A stretch of DNA of 64,000 bases from positions 31,124,001 through 31,188,000 of the forward strand of contig NC_043016.1 in the NCBI RefSeq assembly GCF_006345805.1, written 5' to 3'. The DNA comes from Octopus sinensis (Eukaryota). Of this stretch, positions 1 to 11,759 are shown piece by piece (the stretch's first letter is position 1; the number at the start of each line of letters is the position of its first letter). Both the position numbers and the translations under genes were made by a program. The notes under the pieces are model-generated. The model was not told the origin of the DNA. It saw nothing but the letters and a program-made list of their open reading frames with translations, and ran no database searches.

Positions 1-85
1 AACCTTGTTTTTGGAGTTGTACCTAGGGAGGGTAACTTTCTACGTACAATCTCATGGTCATTCATGCCTGAAAGAGATCTTTACC

Positions 86-112
<27 letters not shown>

Positions 113-120
<8 letters not shown>

Positions 121-539
121 ATAAACAGGTAAAATGAATGATATCAAGTTAGATTATGACATATCTTTAATCATGAAGATTGAGTAGTTTGAAGAATACA
201 GGTCATAAGGAAGTAGGAAGTAAGGTGTGCAGATAGTCTGTTACAGCTGTTTCAAGAACTGAAGTGCAGATGGTGCATCTGTGCAAAGCAGGTAGCTATT
301 CCATCATCAGACAATAGAACAGATCAGTTATATCTCATTCTTCCTCCGATGATAGCATAGATTACTACTATATGGATAGTTACATTTTGTTTGCAGGGAA
401 ATGCACCATCTGCGCATCTGTTCTTGAAACAGCTGTAAGTAACCTTCTGCGTATCTTCTTACTTCTTAATCAACACTTATGTTTGAATTTATAAATGTCA
501 TAACCAAACCTGATAGCAGTTTTACTTGTTTATACTTTT
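113..539. mobile_element. MITE-like imperfect foldback element
   Basis: Inverted arms ~113-278 and ~401-539, e.g. TTACAGCTGTTTCAAGAAC (241-259) vs GTTCTTGAAACAGCTGTAA (420-438); the left end abuts a (TA)n run; no ORF. Confidence 0.6.
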
Positions 540-925
540 TTGTTGCACACATATCTGCTTAATTGATATGCTGCTCATTGACGATTGTTATTAAGTAATT
601 ATAACATCCTTGCTTTTAGTGGCAGTTCAAGTTAGTGTTTTAAGTAGCAAGCCAACTATAAACAAAAAGTGTATATACCTATTTACTTTATCTCATCAGA
701 TGGCCTGTAAAAGGCACCCATGCCAGTGACATGTAAAAGGCACCGGTACACTCTGTAAAGTGGTTGGGTTTAGGAAGGATGTCTGACCATACTTTGCTAA
801 CTAGATTATCTAATGAAATTCTTCAATAAATGAATTTTCATTGTAGATATATTTATAAACAAAAAATTGATAGCTTTGGATTCTCTGGCAATTGTTTTTA
901 TCATCAATTTTGAAAAAATTTGCTT

Positions 926-1057
926 CATAGCATCTTGAGCAAGTGTCTTCTTCTGTATAGCCTCAGGCCAATCAAGGCCTTGTGAGTGGATTTGGTAGAT
1001 GGAAACTGAAAGAAGCTCCTCATACGTACATATATATGTATATATATATATATATAT
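926..1057 (+). mobile_element. SINE family A (tRNA/CORE-like), partial
   Basis: Matches the TTGGGCAAGTGTCTTC...GTGAGTGGATTTGGTAGA.GGAAACTGAAAGAAGC segment of the full copies at 16902, 45006 and 49416. Confidence 0.7.
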
Positions 1058-1618
1058 AGGGAGAATTCACAAAATAAAAAACAAAAGACTAAGACAGATG
1101 GTGTAGACAACAAACAGATGTATGAGTATAATGCTCGGGAAATGAAAAAGTCTTTAACACTTCGAGCCTACACTCTGTGTTTATGTCCTCTTAGCTTAGC
1201 AGTTCAGCAAAATAGACCAATAGAATATAGGTGGAATCTGAATAAATTATGGATACATATAATGCAATTGTCATCTTCATTATTATCATCATTTAACATC
1301 TTTGTTCCATGCTGGCCTAGGTGAAAATTCATTTTATTCTGTTTTGTTATGTAATCCATGCATTTGTAAGATAGCCACAATAGCTTTCTAATCACAACTG
1401 ATTTAAATACCAATCTTTTTCTCCTATTCTGCAATTTCATTTAATTACTCCAGTTAATTACTTATGTCTATCAAGTGAGGCTATAGAGTTAAAATGGAAT
1501 TTAGTGTACTAATAAACATTACTATATAAAGAAATTATGGCCATTTAAAAAACAAGAAAAAATGCATTAGAAAGATTTTTATTTAAAAAGATAATAGAAA
1601 TATTAAAATTACTAAGTA

Positions 1619-1737
1619 ATGGATGCAGGTTGTGTGTCATATAGCTAGCTAGAGGCGGTGGCTTCTTGGAGCTAATCAACAACAGTTTTAGTCTTATATT
1701 TATAAGACTGCCATATTAGTATGGCGTTAACTATTAA
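1619..1737. mobile_element. Solo arm of the MITE family seen intact at 55361-55790
   Basis: Near-identical to 55672-55790 (GCAGGTTGTGTGTCA.ATAGCTAGCTAGAGGCGGTGGC...AACTATTAA). Confidence 0.75.
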
Positions 1738-1764
1738 TTTATTTAAAAAGAGTTATCTTTCTTT

Positions 1765-3395
1765 TGTACAATTGTATCTGTCTTTTGACGACAGTTGTTG
1801 CTCCGACAGATATTGTTATATTCTAAAGTTGTTGGTAGGTAGAATGGTTCTATCTGGCACTGTATGACCCCTAGTTATACATTATTATCATCCTCAAAAG
1901 CTTGTATCGTTAAAACACCCACTCAGTATCACAGTATAATTACCATATCAGCACAGACACTACTATCAACACAGTTTACATGTACTCTCAACCTTTTGAC
2001 TGGCTACTGGTCTAGTTATAATGGCTGGCTACTACCACTTCTTACCAGGAGGAGTGTACAGTTTCACTATACAACGTTTCCCCTTTTAATTTTTCTATTT
2101 AGCAATCAATTTCTTTTATTAACCCTATCTCCTCCTTTTTTCTTTTATTTATATATATATATAAATATATATATACATACATACATACACACATACACAC
2201 ACTCAATATCTTTTTTCTTAGGGTCTACTTTTAGGAATTTAGTGTTCTTCCTTTTCCTTGTATGTGTGGTTTCAACTTCTTGTAACAGTGTTGGAACCTG
2301 AAAAGTGTCATATAGCCAATCCATCGGTATTTCTACTCTTGTTGGTTCCTTTTCTATTACTCTTTCCATAAGCTGGTTTCTATGTCTCCTTTCCATTTCA
2401 TTTCTCCTTCTTCCCGGTATTGCTTGCCGTTCTTGTACATTCTTACATATAACTTATCACCTATTCTAAAGAATTTTGGCATATCTTCACTAGCACATAT
2501 TTTTTTTTTTCACTGCTACATGGTCAGATGAAAATGTATTCTCTGGTTTGGTTATCAACTTCATTAGTTGTCACATTTACTACTGCAATCCTTGTTGTTG
2601 TTGTTGTTCTTGTTGCTGTTTTTGCAACTCCACTATCCCAACTAACAAGTTTTTCATATTTTACGATTTTTGTAAGTTTCCACAGCAAGATTTTTGTTTC
2701 TTTTCTGTTGAGGTATTTAATTTTCCACATGAATTAGTTTAAACTCTTTGTGTGAATGTATTTTCTTTTCACTCCATGTAAATTTGTTTTTCCTCATTGT
2801 CTCTGTTGTATCTGTCTTTTGACGACGGTTGTTGCTCTGACAGATATTATATTCTGAAGTCTATCCGACTCGTGGCCGATGCCAGCACCGCCTCGACTGG
2901 CTTCCGTGCCGGTGGCACGTAAAATACACCAATCCGACCGTGGCCGTTGCCAGCCTCGCCTGGCACCTGTGCAGGTGGCATGTAAAAAGCACCCACTACA
3001 CTCACGGAGTGGTTGGCGTTAGGAAGGGCATCCAGCTGTAGAAACATTGCCAGATAAGACTGGAGCCTGGTGCAGCCTTCTGGCTTCCCAGATCCCCGGT
3101 CGAACCGTCCAACCCATGCTAGCATGGAGAACGGACGTTAAACGATGATGATGATGATTGATAGAATGTTTCAATCTGGCACTGTATGACCCCCCAGTCA
3201 GTGTTATTATCCTCAAAAGCTTTGATCGTTATAACACCCACTCAGTATCAAAGTATAATTACTACATCAGCACAGACGCAACTATCAACACAGTCTACAT
3301 GTACTCTCAACCTTTCAATCTGCTACTGGTCTATTTATAATAGCTGGCTACTACCATTTTTTACTGGGAGGGGTGTACATTTTTACTCTACAACA
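1765..3395 (-). mobile_element. Internally deleted Ty3/gypsy LTR retrotransposon (TRIM-sized)
   Basis: Direct repeats 1765-2076 and 2804-3395 (the latter interrupted by an RTE tail). Termini are TGTTGTA...TACAACA. CTTT flanks both ends (1761-1764, 3396-3399), allowing a 5-nt insertion near the left end. Polypurine tract on - at 2077-2095. The internal - strand encodes a Q-rich gag-like start joined to a gypsy-integrase-like C-terminus (FRIGDKLYVRMYKNGKQY; RHRNQLMERV...MDWLYDTFQVP...RKRK). Confidence 0.8.
2861..3156 (+). mobile_element. RTE LINE 3' UTR fragment inserted in the LTR
   Basis: GTGCC.GTGGCACGTAAAA modules, GTGGTTGGCGTTAGGAAGGGCATCCAGC and a (GAT)n tail, as at the end of the RTE at 49838-52240; absent from the partner LTR. 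Confidence 0.8.
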
Positions 3396-3554
3396 CTTTC
3401 TTAAATTTTTCCACTGAAAGAAGTAATCCATTTAGTACATGCTGGCTATATTATATGAATTTAATAACAGATTAAAGCAGTAATATATTGATATCTACAG
3501 TTATTATTTCTGTCTGCATTTGTTTAATGTTTATAAAATATCTATTTCTTTTAG

Positions 3555-3893
3555 CATGAAAATTCAAAACAGAATGCTAACACAAGAAAGAATCAAATTG
3601 GACAACAAGGTTTTAATAATGCAAATATTATGTCCCAATCTGGACCTGTAGTAGCTCATCAACAACCACATTCTCACCAGCCCTCAATTACTCCGCAAAT
3701 TCACCAGCAAATGCCTCCAACAGCACAATATACTAATGAGCATGTGTTGTTTCAACAAAGCCATATCTCAACAATGGAGTTTCGTAGAGGTGGTGGTGGG
3801 TACAGTAGACGCATACAGCAACAGATAGCAGAAAAAATGAAACCTACTCAGCAATATTATATGCCACCGGCTCAACGGGCTTTAAAACAATAA
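3555..3893 (+). CDS. Probable last coding exon of a host gene; Q/P/H-rich low-complexity C-terminus (113 aa incl. RRGGGGYSRR and QQYYMPPAQR)
   Basis: Acceptor TCTATTTCTTTTAG ends at 3554; the phase-0 frame HENSKQNANTRK... is open to TAA at 3891-3893; non-repetitive, more GC-rich than its flanks, followed by AT-rich UTR-like sequence. Gene not recognised. Confidence 0.7.
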   Translation, partial: HENSKQNANTRKNQIGQQGFNNANIMSQSGPVVAHQQPHSHQPSITPQIHQQMPPTAQYTNEHVLFQQSHISTMEFRRGGGGYSRRIQQQIAEKMKPTQQYYMPPAQRALKQ

Positions 3894-4365
3894 CATAACA
3901 ATTTTAGTTGTCTTTTTTTTTTTTTTGTATGTCAATATTAATCACAAACGAGACAGTTTATAACTGCATTGGCCAACAAAGTGCAATTTACTTTTTACTG
4001 AGTATTCTTTTTTTTTTTTCCTTAACTTGTTGCGACATTTATTTCATTAAAGTTTAGTAATGATTTAGAAATAAGCAGAATACTTCTAAATGCAAACAAA
4101 TTTTGACCTCTAAATTTCTTATGCCAATTTTATCAGAATTTCTTTTGTTTATTATTCATTTTGTTCCTTAAAAGTTAACTGTTAAATATTTAAATGAAGT
4201 TGCATAATTAAACTTTACATATCGTATTTTTCATTATACTAGCTGTTGTGGATTTATCTGTTAAGTGTAATTTATAAATCATAAGTTGTGTCTTTCTATT
4301 TTAGCTTTTAACATTTCTATTTTCTTTATTTTTGTTAATGCTTATTGGGTCAGTTTTGATTGAAG

Positions 4366-5267
4366 TATGTGGGTTGGCTGAAAATTTCATAGGCTGACCA
4401 AAATACTCTAATATGAGTAAAGTGGCCATATGAGGTTTATTTTTCAACATTGTCCTCCTTTCAGTCAACACACTTCTTCCATCAGTACTGCAGTTCTTGG
4501 ATCCCATTAGGGAAGAAGGTTTCATCCTGTTATTCAAAGAAATTCAAAAGCAGCAGATATGACATCATCATCACTGCAATATTGGATCTCAGCCATGTGT
4601 TTTTTTTTATGTTGGGGAACAGAGAATAGTTAGATGGGGCCAAATCAGGAAAAAAGGAGAGTGATCAACCAGTTCAAAGCCACAATTGTGCACAGCAGCC
4701 ATTGAAAGTAAGGACTTGTGTTCTGCAGTACTGTCTTGAAGAAACAAGACTCCTTTCATCAGTTTTCCTGAGTGTTCCTTTGATAGCCCTTTGCAACTGC
4801 CACGGCAAGTAGGTGTAGACAGTCAATAACCACAATGCCTTTTGCATCCCCCAAAACTGAGGCCATTGCCTCCATGACAGATGAAACAATTTTGGCTTTC
4901 TTTGGAGCAGGTGATGAGGGGTCTTTCCACTGCTTGGATTACCTGTTTGTCTCTGACTCAAAGTGATGAACCCAAAACTCATCCTAGCTCATAAAACATT
5001 CAAGAAAACCAGCTGAATCTACATGAATGTCCTTTAGGACTAAACTGTTTTTTCTGCAGGTACTTAACACTACAATGCCAACACCATTTGAAAGAGAAGT
5101 TGCTACTGGTTATTTAAAAAATTTTTTTTTGAACAATCAGATGTAATTTTACCTGGAAATAAACAATGTAGTTATTAATAAAGAGTTGAAATTAAGCATG
5201 CAAGATTTCACTGTTCTAGCATTGTCCCTTCATAGTCAGCCTATAGACTTTTCAGCCCACCTTTGTA
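4366..5267 (-). mobile_element. Decayed, internally deleted mariner with both TIRs
   Basis: Imperfect TIRs (GGGTTGGCTGAAAATTTCATAGGCTGAC at ~4371; GTCAGCCTATAGACTTTTCAGCCCACC at ~5235) bounded by TA; - strand translates FWVHHFESET...SKQWKDPSSPAPKKAK with stops and frameshifts. Confidence 0.8.
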
Positions 5268-6677
5268 AGGATTAATTATTTAATTATATGCAAATAGAAA
5301 AAGACAGGAATGAATGACAGATGACAATATGAAATTAAACAAGTTAACTCTTCTTGAAGCTGTTGTATTCTTATTTTTGATAAAAACTGTTCTTGTGAAT
5401 AATAATGGCATAGCTACAAAGATTTTTTTTATTAATCATAATTCAAAAATTGCATTTGAAACATGCCTCACCTTACAATGTAAGAAAATATGAAAAACTA
5501 AAATTTTTGAGAAATTTTTGTTTCCCTTTTTAAATGTTATTTCCAAGTAGGATATGATTTTTCTTTGCACTTCAAAGTTAGACATTTGTTGCAATTTATA
5601 ATTATGTATAAATAGATTTTATACAATTCTGATGTTATGGCTGTTTACAATTACAAAATCTCCATTTATTTGATAAAAAAATAAACATGAATTTGGTAAA
5701 TTTGCAGATTCAGTTTTTTTTTTTATTCTGATGTTCCTTTGATTTTTACTGAAAAAAAAATATCTAAACATTTCTTATTAAATTTTGTTTTCTCAAGCTT
5801 CTGAAATAAAATTTTGAAATTAAGGTTTATAGAGTTATAGTTTAGCAACTCAGAATAAACCTGTAACACAGGTTTGTTTTAAAAGATTCTTTAAATCATA
5901 GCACTTGTGATGTAAACTAGAAAGGTTTACTTTTGTTGTTTCTTAATTGCCATTTTCTGAAGTTCTTATAAAAATAAACTAAAAATTGAGAGATGGATTA
6001 ATCATTATTGTATTGTATTGGTAACTTTCAAAGAAGTATAAAGGAACATTTATCCAGTACTGATAACAATTTTAGCTGCATTATGTTCCAAAATATGTAT
6101 ACTTCTAATATTTAAAATTTGAAATAAAATTAATTTGTGGATTTATTTATATATATTTTTTTAATCTCATGAAAGTAAGTAATATTCTTTGTAGAAAGTC
6201 ATCTTCTTTCCAATAATCTCCCGAATATCATGATGATTTTGTTTATGCATAAGTCAATAGCAGTTTCTGTAATGATTGTTTTTGAGAATTTATTTCTTAA
6301 GGCTTTGATCAAACTATTATTAAACTGAATTAATAACTGTATGCTATATATAAATAGTTTCTTTTGTTGGTTAATGAACACTGGTAATGTATCTCTGAAT
6401 AAATTTATCTTTGTTTTTAAATGAACTTTTAGGTTATACAAATTGACTTATTGTTTAAACTTAATATCATGAAATAATTAAGTTTTGAAGTAAAATCTGT
6501 CTGTTGATGTTTGGTCATTTAACATTGTTTACAGGCTTATTTATATTAATGATATATTAATACTGATCTGTGGAAATAGCTCAGACAATAAAGTGTCAGT
6601 ATAAGGGTTTAGTTAAATCTCATTAGAGGACCCATATTTGCTATTTGAGTCAATAATATAACTAACAATTTTTAAAT

Positions 6678-6830
6678 GGTAAAAGGGTAAAGACACCCTT
6701 TGGTCATGAATGATCATGGGATTGCCCCTAGATAGAAAGTTCCCTTCCAGGGCACAAGTCAAGGTACGGTTGTCTATAGAAGATCATCAGTCGCCTGTGC
6801 ATACCAGCCTTCCCTCTCCATGCTACCAGT
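6678..6830 (+). mobile_element. Unclassified interspersed repeat fragment (inverted homolog at 1-87)
   Basis: GGGTAAAGA...CATGAATGA.CATG.GATTG...TAGAAAGTT shared with the reverse complement of 1-87. Confidence 0.45.
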
Positions 6831-8044
6831 CTGGGAATCAAACTCACTACTCATGATAGTCTTACTGAGCCATGTGCGTTCTCTTACAATTTATAACCAT
6901 CAGTAATAGGTTGAGGGCATATAAATTTGTATGAAGTTCAGTCATATTTGTATGGTATTTCATTGATTGAACTTGGTGAGATTTGACACAAAATACCCTA
7001 AAAGAAAAATATAATTTATACTAGTAAGATTAAAACTTCTGAAACAATTATTTTCAGTAAAATTCCTTTCACAAAACTCCTGACTGAATTAAACATATTT
7101 CACATTTCTGTCAATGTGAACTGAATATCAGCATCCGACATTCTTAATTTAACGAACTGTTTTTCTGAAGAATTTCCACATTCCTTTTAAGCCTTGGGCA
7201 TAGAAATAACAGGCTTAGCTTAGTGTATTTAATGTTCAGTTTTGATTATTGCTGATTAAATGTGAGGGAAAGTAATGGGCTGGGAAATAAAACAATGAGA
7301 GAAAGGGTTTTGTTAATAAATGAATAATAATAGTAAATAAACTACAATAATTAATGTTAATATATCTAATGCAGATATCATTAGAAACTAAAAATAATTT
7401 GACAGCCAAGGGTAGTTTATTCTCTGAACATTATTATTTTTGTATTCAAGTGTACTACTACTTAGTAATTCCTTCATTGCTGTGTTGGTGAGTATGGTGG
7501 TCTATGTAGAGAGAGTATAGTGGATTTATGTAAGTGTAGGCCTCTTAATCAGATAGACAGTAAAGCTGTTGAATGTTAACATTTTCTTAAAGAGATTAGC
7601 AACTATTCAGGGTTGAAGTATTGTGTAGCCAAGCACTTTCACAGAATGTTAATATTTTATTTCATATTTCTCTTTATTGTCAGGTAGGATGTAGTTAGCA
7701 TTCTCATGATCGGAAGTTGTTTAACCCCATCTTAAACATGATGATTAAAAGGGTTCAATCATGACCTTTTTTTTTTTTTTTTTTTTTAATATCTAGGGCT
7801 CCAATGTGGGGTGTTTTTTTGTATTTTTTTATCTGCAAAGTTATAGGTTATGAAGGATCTTTCATTAGTTCATTGGAGAAATAGGTGGGCATTGGCATTC
7901 ATCCAAGATGATGACTAGCTGCAAGAGAGAGAGGGAGAGATAGTTTCAGTGTTGTGGAGTTGCTTATGACATTTTCAAAGAATTGCTGATGTCAAGGGGA
8001 ATAACTTTGCTTTCTATCAGTGTTCTCAAAAGCAAGAGGAGACA

Positions 8045-8264
8045 TTAACCCTTTCATTACCGGATTCATTTTAAGATGCTCTGTGTTTCTTTCAATTAAT
8101 TGTAAATATAGCAAAGAATTTAGTAAAATAACTTACTCATCATTCAGCTACTGTTAGGATCATGAATTGTGACTAAGGTTTGGTGATATATTTTAATGAA
8201 AAACTTATGAAAACAAGACATTTATACTACAGAGCCAGAGCCGGGTTAGTATCAAAAGGGTTAA
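8045..8264 (+). mobile_element. piggyBac-like MITE
   Basis: TTAA-CCCTTT...AAAGGG-TTAA termini; homologous to 11531-11759 and 62324-62552. Confidence 0.75.
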
Positions 8265-8810
8265 AGCAACTGGTTTTTTGAATGTGTAGAAATAATCAAT
8301 GAAAACATATTCAACTTAATGTTGGCAGTATCCTAAAGATGTTGGGTTTAAAATCAATATTGGTAGATAATTATGTACTGTAGTGAGTAAATGCCTTTTT
8401 ATCAAAATCCATCAAGTGATTTGGTGACAATTTTTGTAAGGATAATGAAGGTGTTTAGGATTAAACTATCTCAGGATGTCTCTTAAAGTCTTGCTGCTTT
8501 GTTATTTGATTTGAATAAGAGGAAAACTTAGCAAATGAAAAGCACCTTATTGGTTATTTAAATTCTTATTTTATTCCTGCTCTAAAATTACTATGTTAGC
8601 ATATAACTAGTAAGAATAATGAAGTAGTGTTGAAAATTTCATTTCTTTTTTTTTTTTTTTCACCCCACAATGCCACATTTTTTCCCATGGTACAATTTTG
8701 ATCTATTTTTCCCATGCATTCAATAAATCTGAATAATTCAATATTTAAATGAATCCTAAGAATATGTTTTTAAAAAACTGAATGAACTTGTGAAATATGA
8801 ATAGAACACA

Positions 8811-8990
8811 AATAAATAATAATAATAATAATAATAATAATGAAATTATTGTATACCGTGCTCAGGTGCACCACAACTTGTCAGAGTATATGCAGTAATG
8901 TACAAATGTCTGGAAAGTGAACAATGCATGAGTCAGATACATGCTTGTGTGTGTATAGAGGGGAGAAAATCAGGTGTAGTGTTGGCGAAA
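8811..8990 (-). mobile_element. 3' UTR and (TAA)n tail of the CR1/L2-like LINE family
   Basis: Near-identical to 17770-17950 and to the reverse complement of ~61050-61214. Confidence 0.8.
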
Positions 8991-11201
8991 TGAACATACA
9001 CAGTTCTTAAGAGGCAAATTAACAAATGCACTGACTCCATGTTGTCACTTATTGAACTCATTGTGCTGATCACTTGTGTCACTTAAGAATTGTTTAAATA
9101 AACATAAAACATTCTTTGTTTTATTTTATTTGTTATTCATACATGGTACTTTTTTTTTTCCAAATGAACCCTATTTAGTGTTCTTATAATATCAATTTAT
9201 TGTTTGTGTTGTATGTTGAGTATTGATTAGACATACATCAATCAATATTATCACAAAGTTATATATTACAGGCATGATTTCCTTTAATATATTTCCATGC
9301 CTCTAAATAACATAAGTCTTATTTCCATGTGTAAAATCTTCTTTTATTTCTTTTATAGAGAATTTCAGACCTCTTCAAATAAATAATCATATTTAATTGT
9401 TTGTCTTAATAATTTCCATAGGATTTTAGTATACTCACATTGCAAATAAATGTTTGGCTTTGATGCTCCAGAATTAGATACCATTAATGAGAAAGTGTTA
9501 TTGGAAGATTAACCAACAAAAATAACTTGCAATATGTGATTTCATCTATATATCCTGAGCCTAATGTCAGCCACAGTTGACTGTTTTTCACCATTACGTA
9601 TGATCAATTAAATTGATTGTATCACATAACCTATAGATTTGTAAAAAATCTGTTTTTAATTTTTTTTTCCAAGTTGTACTGTAATTTTCAAGTTTTTCTT
9701 GGTTGTCCTTAGCAAGAAATGCTTATGTAGAATAACATGAAATAATGTATGATCCAGTCTGCTTTGGCATCATTCATACATATGAGCCAGCCAGAACATC
9801 ATGTGTGGTGTGGCAGTAAAATAGTTTCTCTCTCAAATTAGAAGCTTGTTAGTTATCCAGTACATAGGGTTTTATGAAGCTACCAAATTTACAGCTATTT
9901 TTGTGTACATCAATTAATTTGTTGCTTTTTATGTAACAGCATGGTCTGTTTCTTATTTCTGCACTGTTTTATTAATATGTCACTTTTGCTATTGACATCA
10001 GAAATTACCATTAATACATTTGATTACTCCTCTACACACTCTTATTTTAAGTCTCTAGCTATTAAAAGTTCCCTTTCTTAATATGTTAACTTTTTATTTT
10101 TTAAATATATTTTGGTGAATGTTGCTGTGGAGTTATGGACCAGAGGTAACAAACTGAGTAATGCCCTTCAGTAGAATTCATAGCTTCAGTCCCAACATAG
10201 ACAATGGGGGAGTTTGTTTTGGTTCTTAAATTCAGCAAATTAAATTACTCTATAAAAGAGTTTTCATTGGTTCCTTCTTTAACACATATTTCCTCTCTCT
10301 CGTTTAGCCATGCTCAAGCAAATCTATAATCACAGATTTTCCTGTCATTACTGTCCTGTCTGTTTATATATTTATGATTGTTATCTATATCATTTCTTTC
10401 AAGAAAGTAGTGTGATTTTTTTTTAAGGAAATTTAGTTGCTATTTCTAGCAAGTTGAATGACCAAGTAAAAATTCTTAACCACTTTCATAAATATTGCTG
10501 TGATTTCAGTATCTCTATTATAATGCGACTTAATATACCACCATTATTTCAAGAAAGTGTATATTGCATAGCCTGTGTATATCCAATAATTTAAGTAAAT
10601 ATCATCAGATACACCTGAAACTTTTCTATTAAAATATGATGAATATTGTTTAAATATTTTTAGTGGAAGGGAAAAAATATGAACATTTGTAATAATGTTT
10701 AATACATTCCCTTTTTCAATAATTTACATAAAAAGTTCTTTTTTTTATGAGACAGTTATACAAAAAGTGTTACAGACTATAAAGTATTGTGTTCTCTGCG
10801 TTCTTGGAGAATTTGGTAACTTATGCAATTATATTGTTTCACTTGTAATGTGCAGTTATCGTCATTGAATTTCTTTTGTAGATTAATCTGCAATAAAATG
10901 GTTTTCCATCTTCTAACCATTTTTTTCCTTTGTTTTTTTTTTTCATGACAGCATTCTTTTACTATTTTATTCATGCACATTTGTGACTATTCAGAGCATG
11001 AAAGCTGATTATTTGAGGAAACAAGCCATTTCAGTTGAAGATTCTAGTCTGTGAAATAGAGGAAAGTTGTCAGTCAGATTATAATTAGCAGTAGCATCCT
11101 TTTGATGAATATCTTCATAACCAAACTTTGTCTCTACTGTTTCCAAGATCTCCAAGTGAGAAACTACAAACCATTATAATCTCTTCTGCTAGATGACTTA
11201 C

Positions 11202-11369
11202 TTTCATCATTTCAAATAAACTTTGTTGATGATGCCACATCAACAGTTCTAGTCTTATATTACAAATTATAGACACACCTTTACAAAATCTAGCAATAGC
11301 ATCAAATAAATCCCATGCTACACCCCAAATACCAAAACCTTTGGTATCCCATGTGCCACTCCTGTTCAC
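11202..11369 (-). CDS. Candidate internal exon (56 codons, VNRSGTWDTKGFGIWGVAWD...FEMMK)
   Basis: On -: acceptor TTTTTTTTCATAG, donor AAA|GTAAGT, 168 bp open in phase 0/0, unique sequence. No homology recognised. Confidence 0.3.
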
Positions 11370-11530
11370 CTATGAAAAAAAATAATTATCCTCTCCAGTT
11401 TATAAACATTGGCATGAGAAAATAATAAAAGGGTTTTCTATAAGTTTGGACGATGGGTATTCATGTTCTTTGATCAACTTACATATTGGTATATTTGAGA
11501 CACTTGTATCATCCTCCTCCTCATCATTGT

Positions 11531-11759
11531 TTAACCCTTTCATTACCAACCCGGATGAAACCGGCTCTGGCTCTGTAGTACAAATGTTTTGTTTTCATAA
11601 GTTTTGAATTAAATTCTTCCATCAAACCTTAGTCACAATTTATGTTCCTAACACTAGCTTAACGGTAACTAAGTTATTTTACTAAATTCTTTGTTATATT
11701 TTAAATAACTGAAAGAAACACAGAGCATCTCAAAACAAATACGGTAATGAAAGGGTTAG
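11531..11759 (-). mobile_element. piggyBac-like MITE
   Basis: TTAACCCTTTCATTACC...GGTAATGAAAGGGTTAG; the interior is the reverse complement of 8045-8264. Confidence 0.75.

Noticed and set aside
10996-11055. Plus-strand mini-exon SMKADYLRKQAISVEDSSL*
   Set aside because: Too short, mediocre acceptor, expected by chance.
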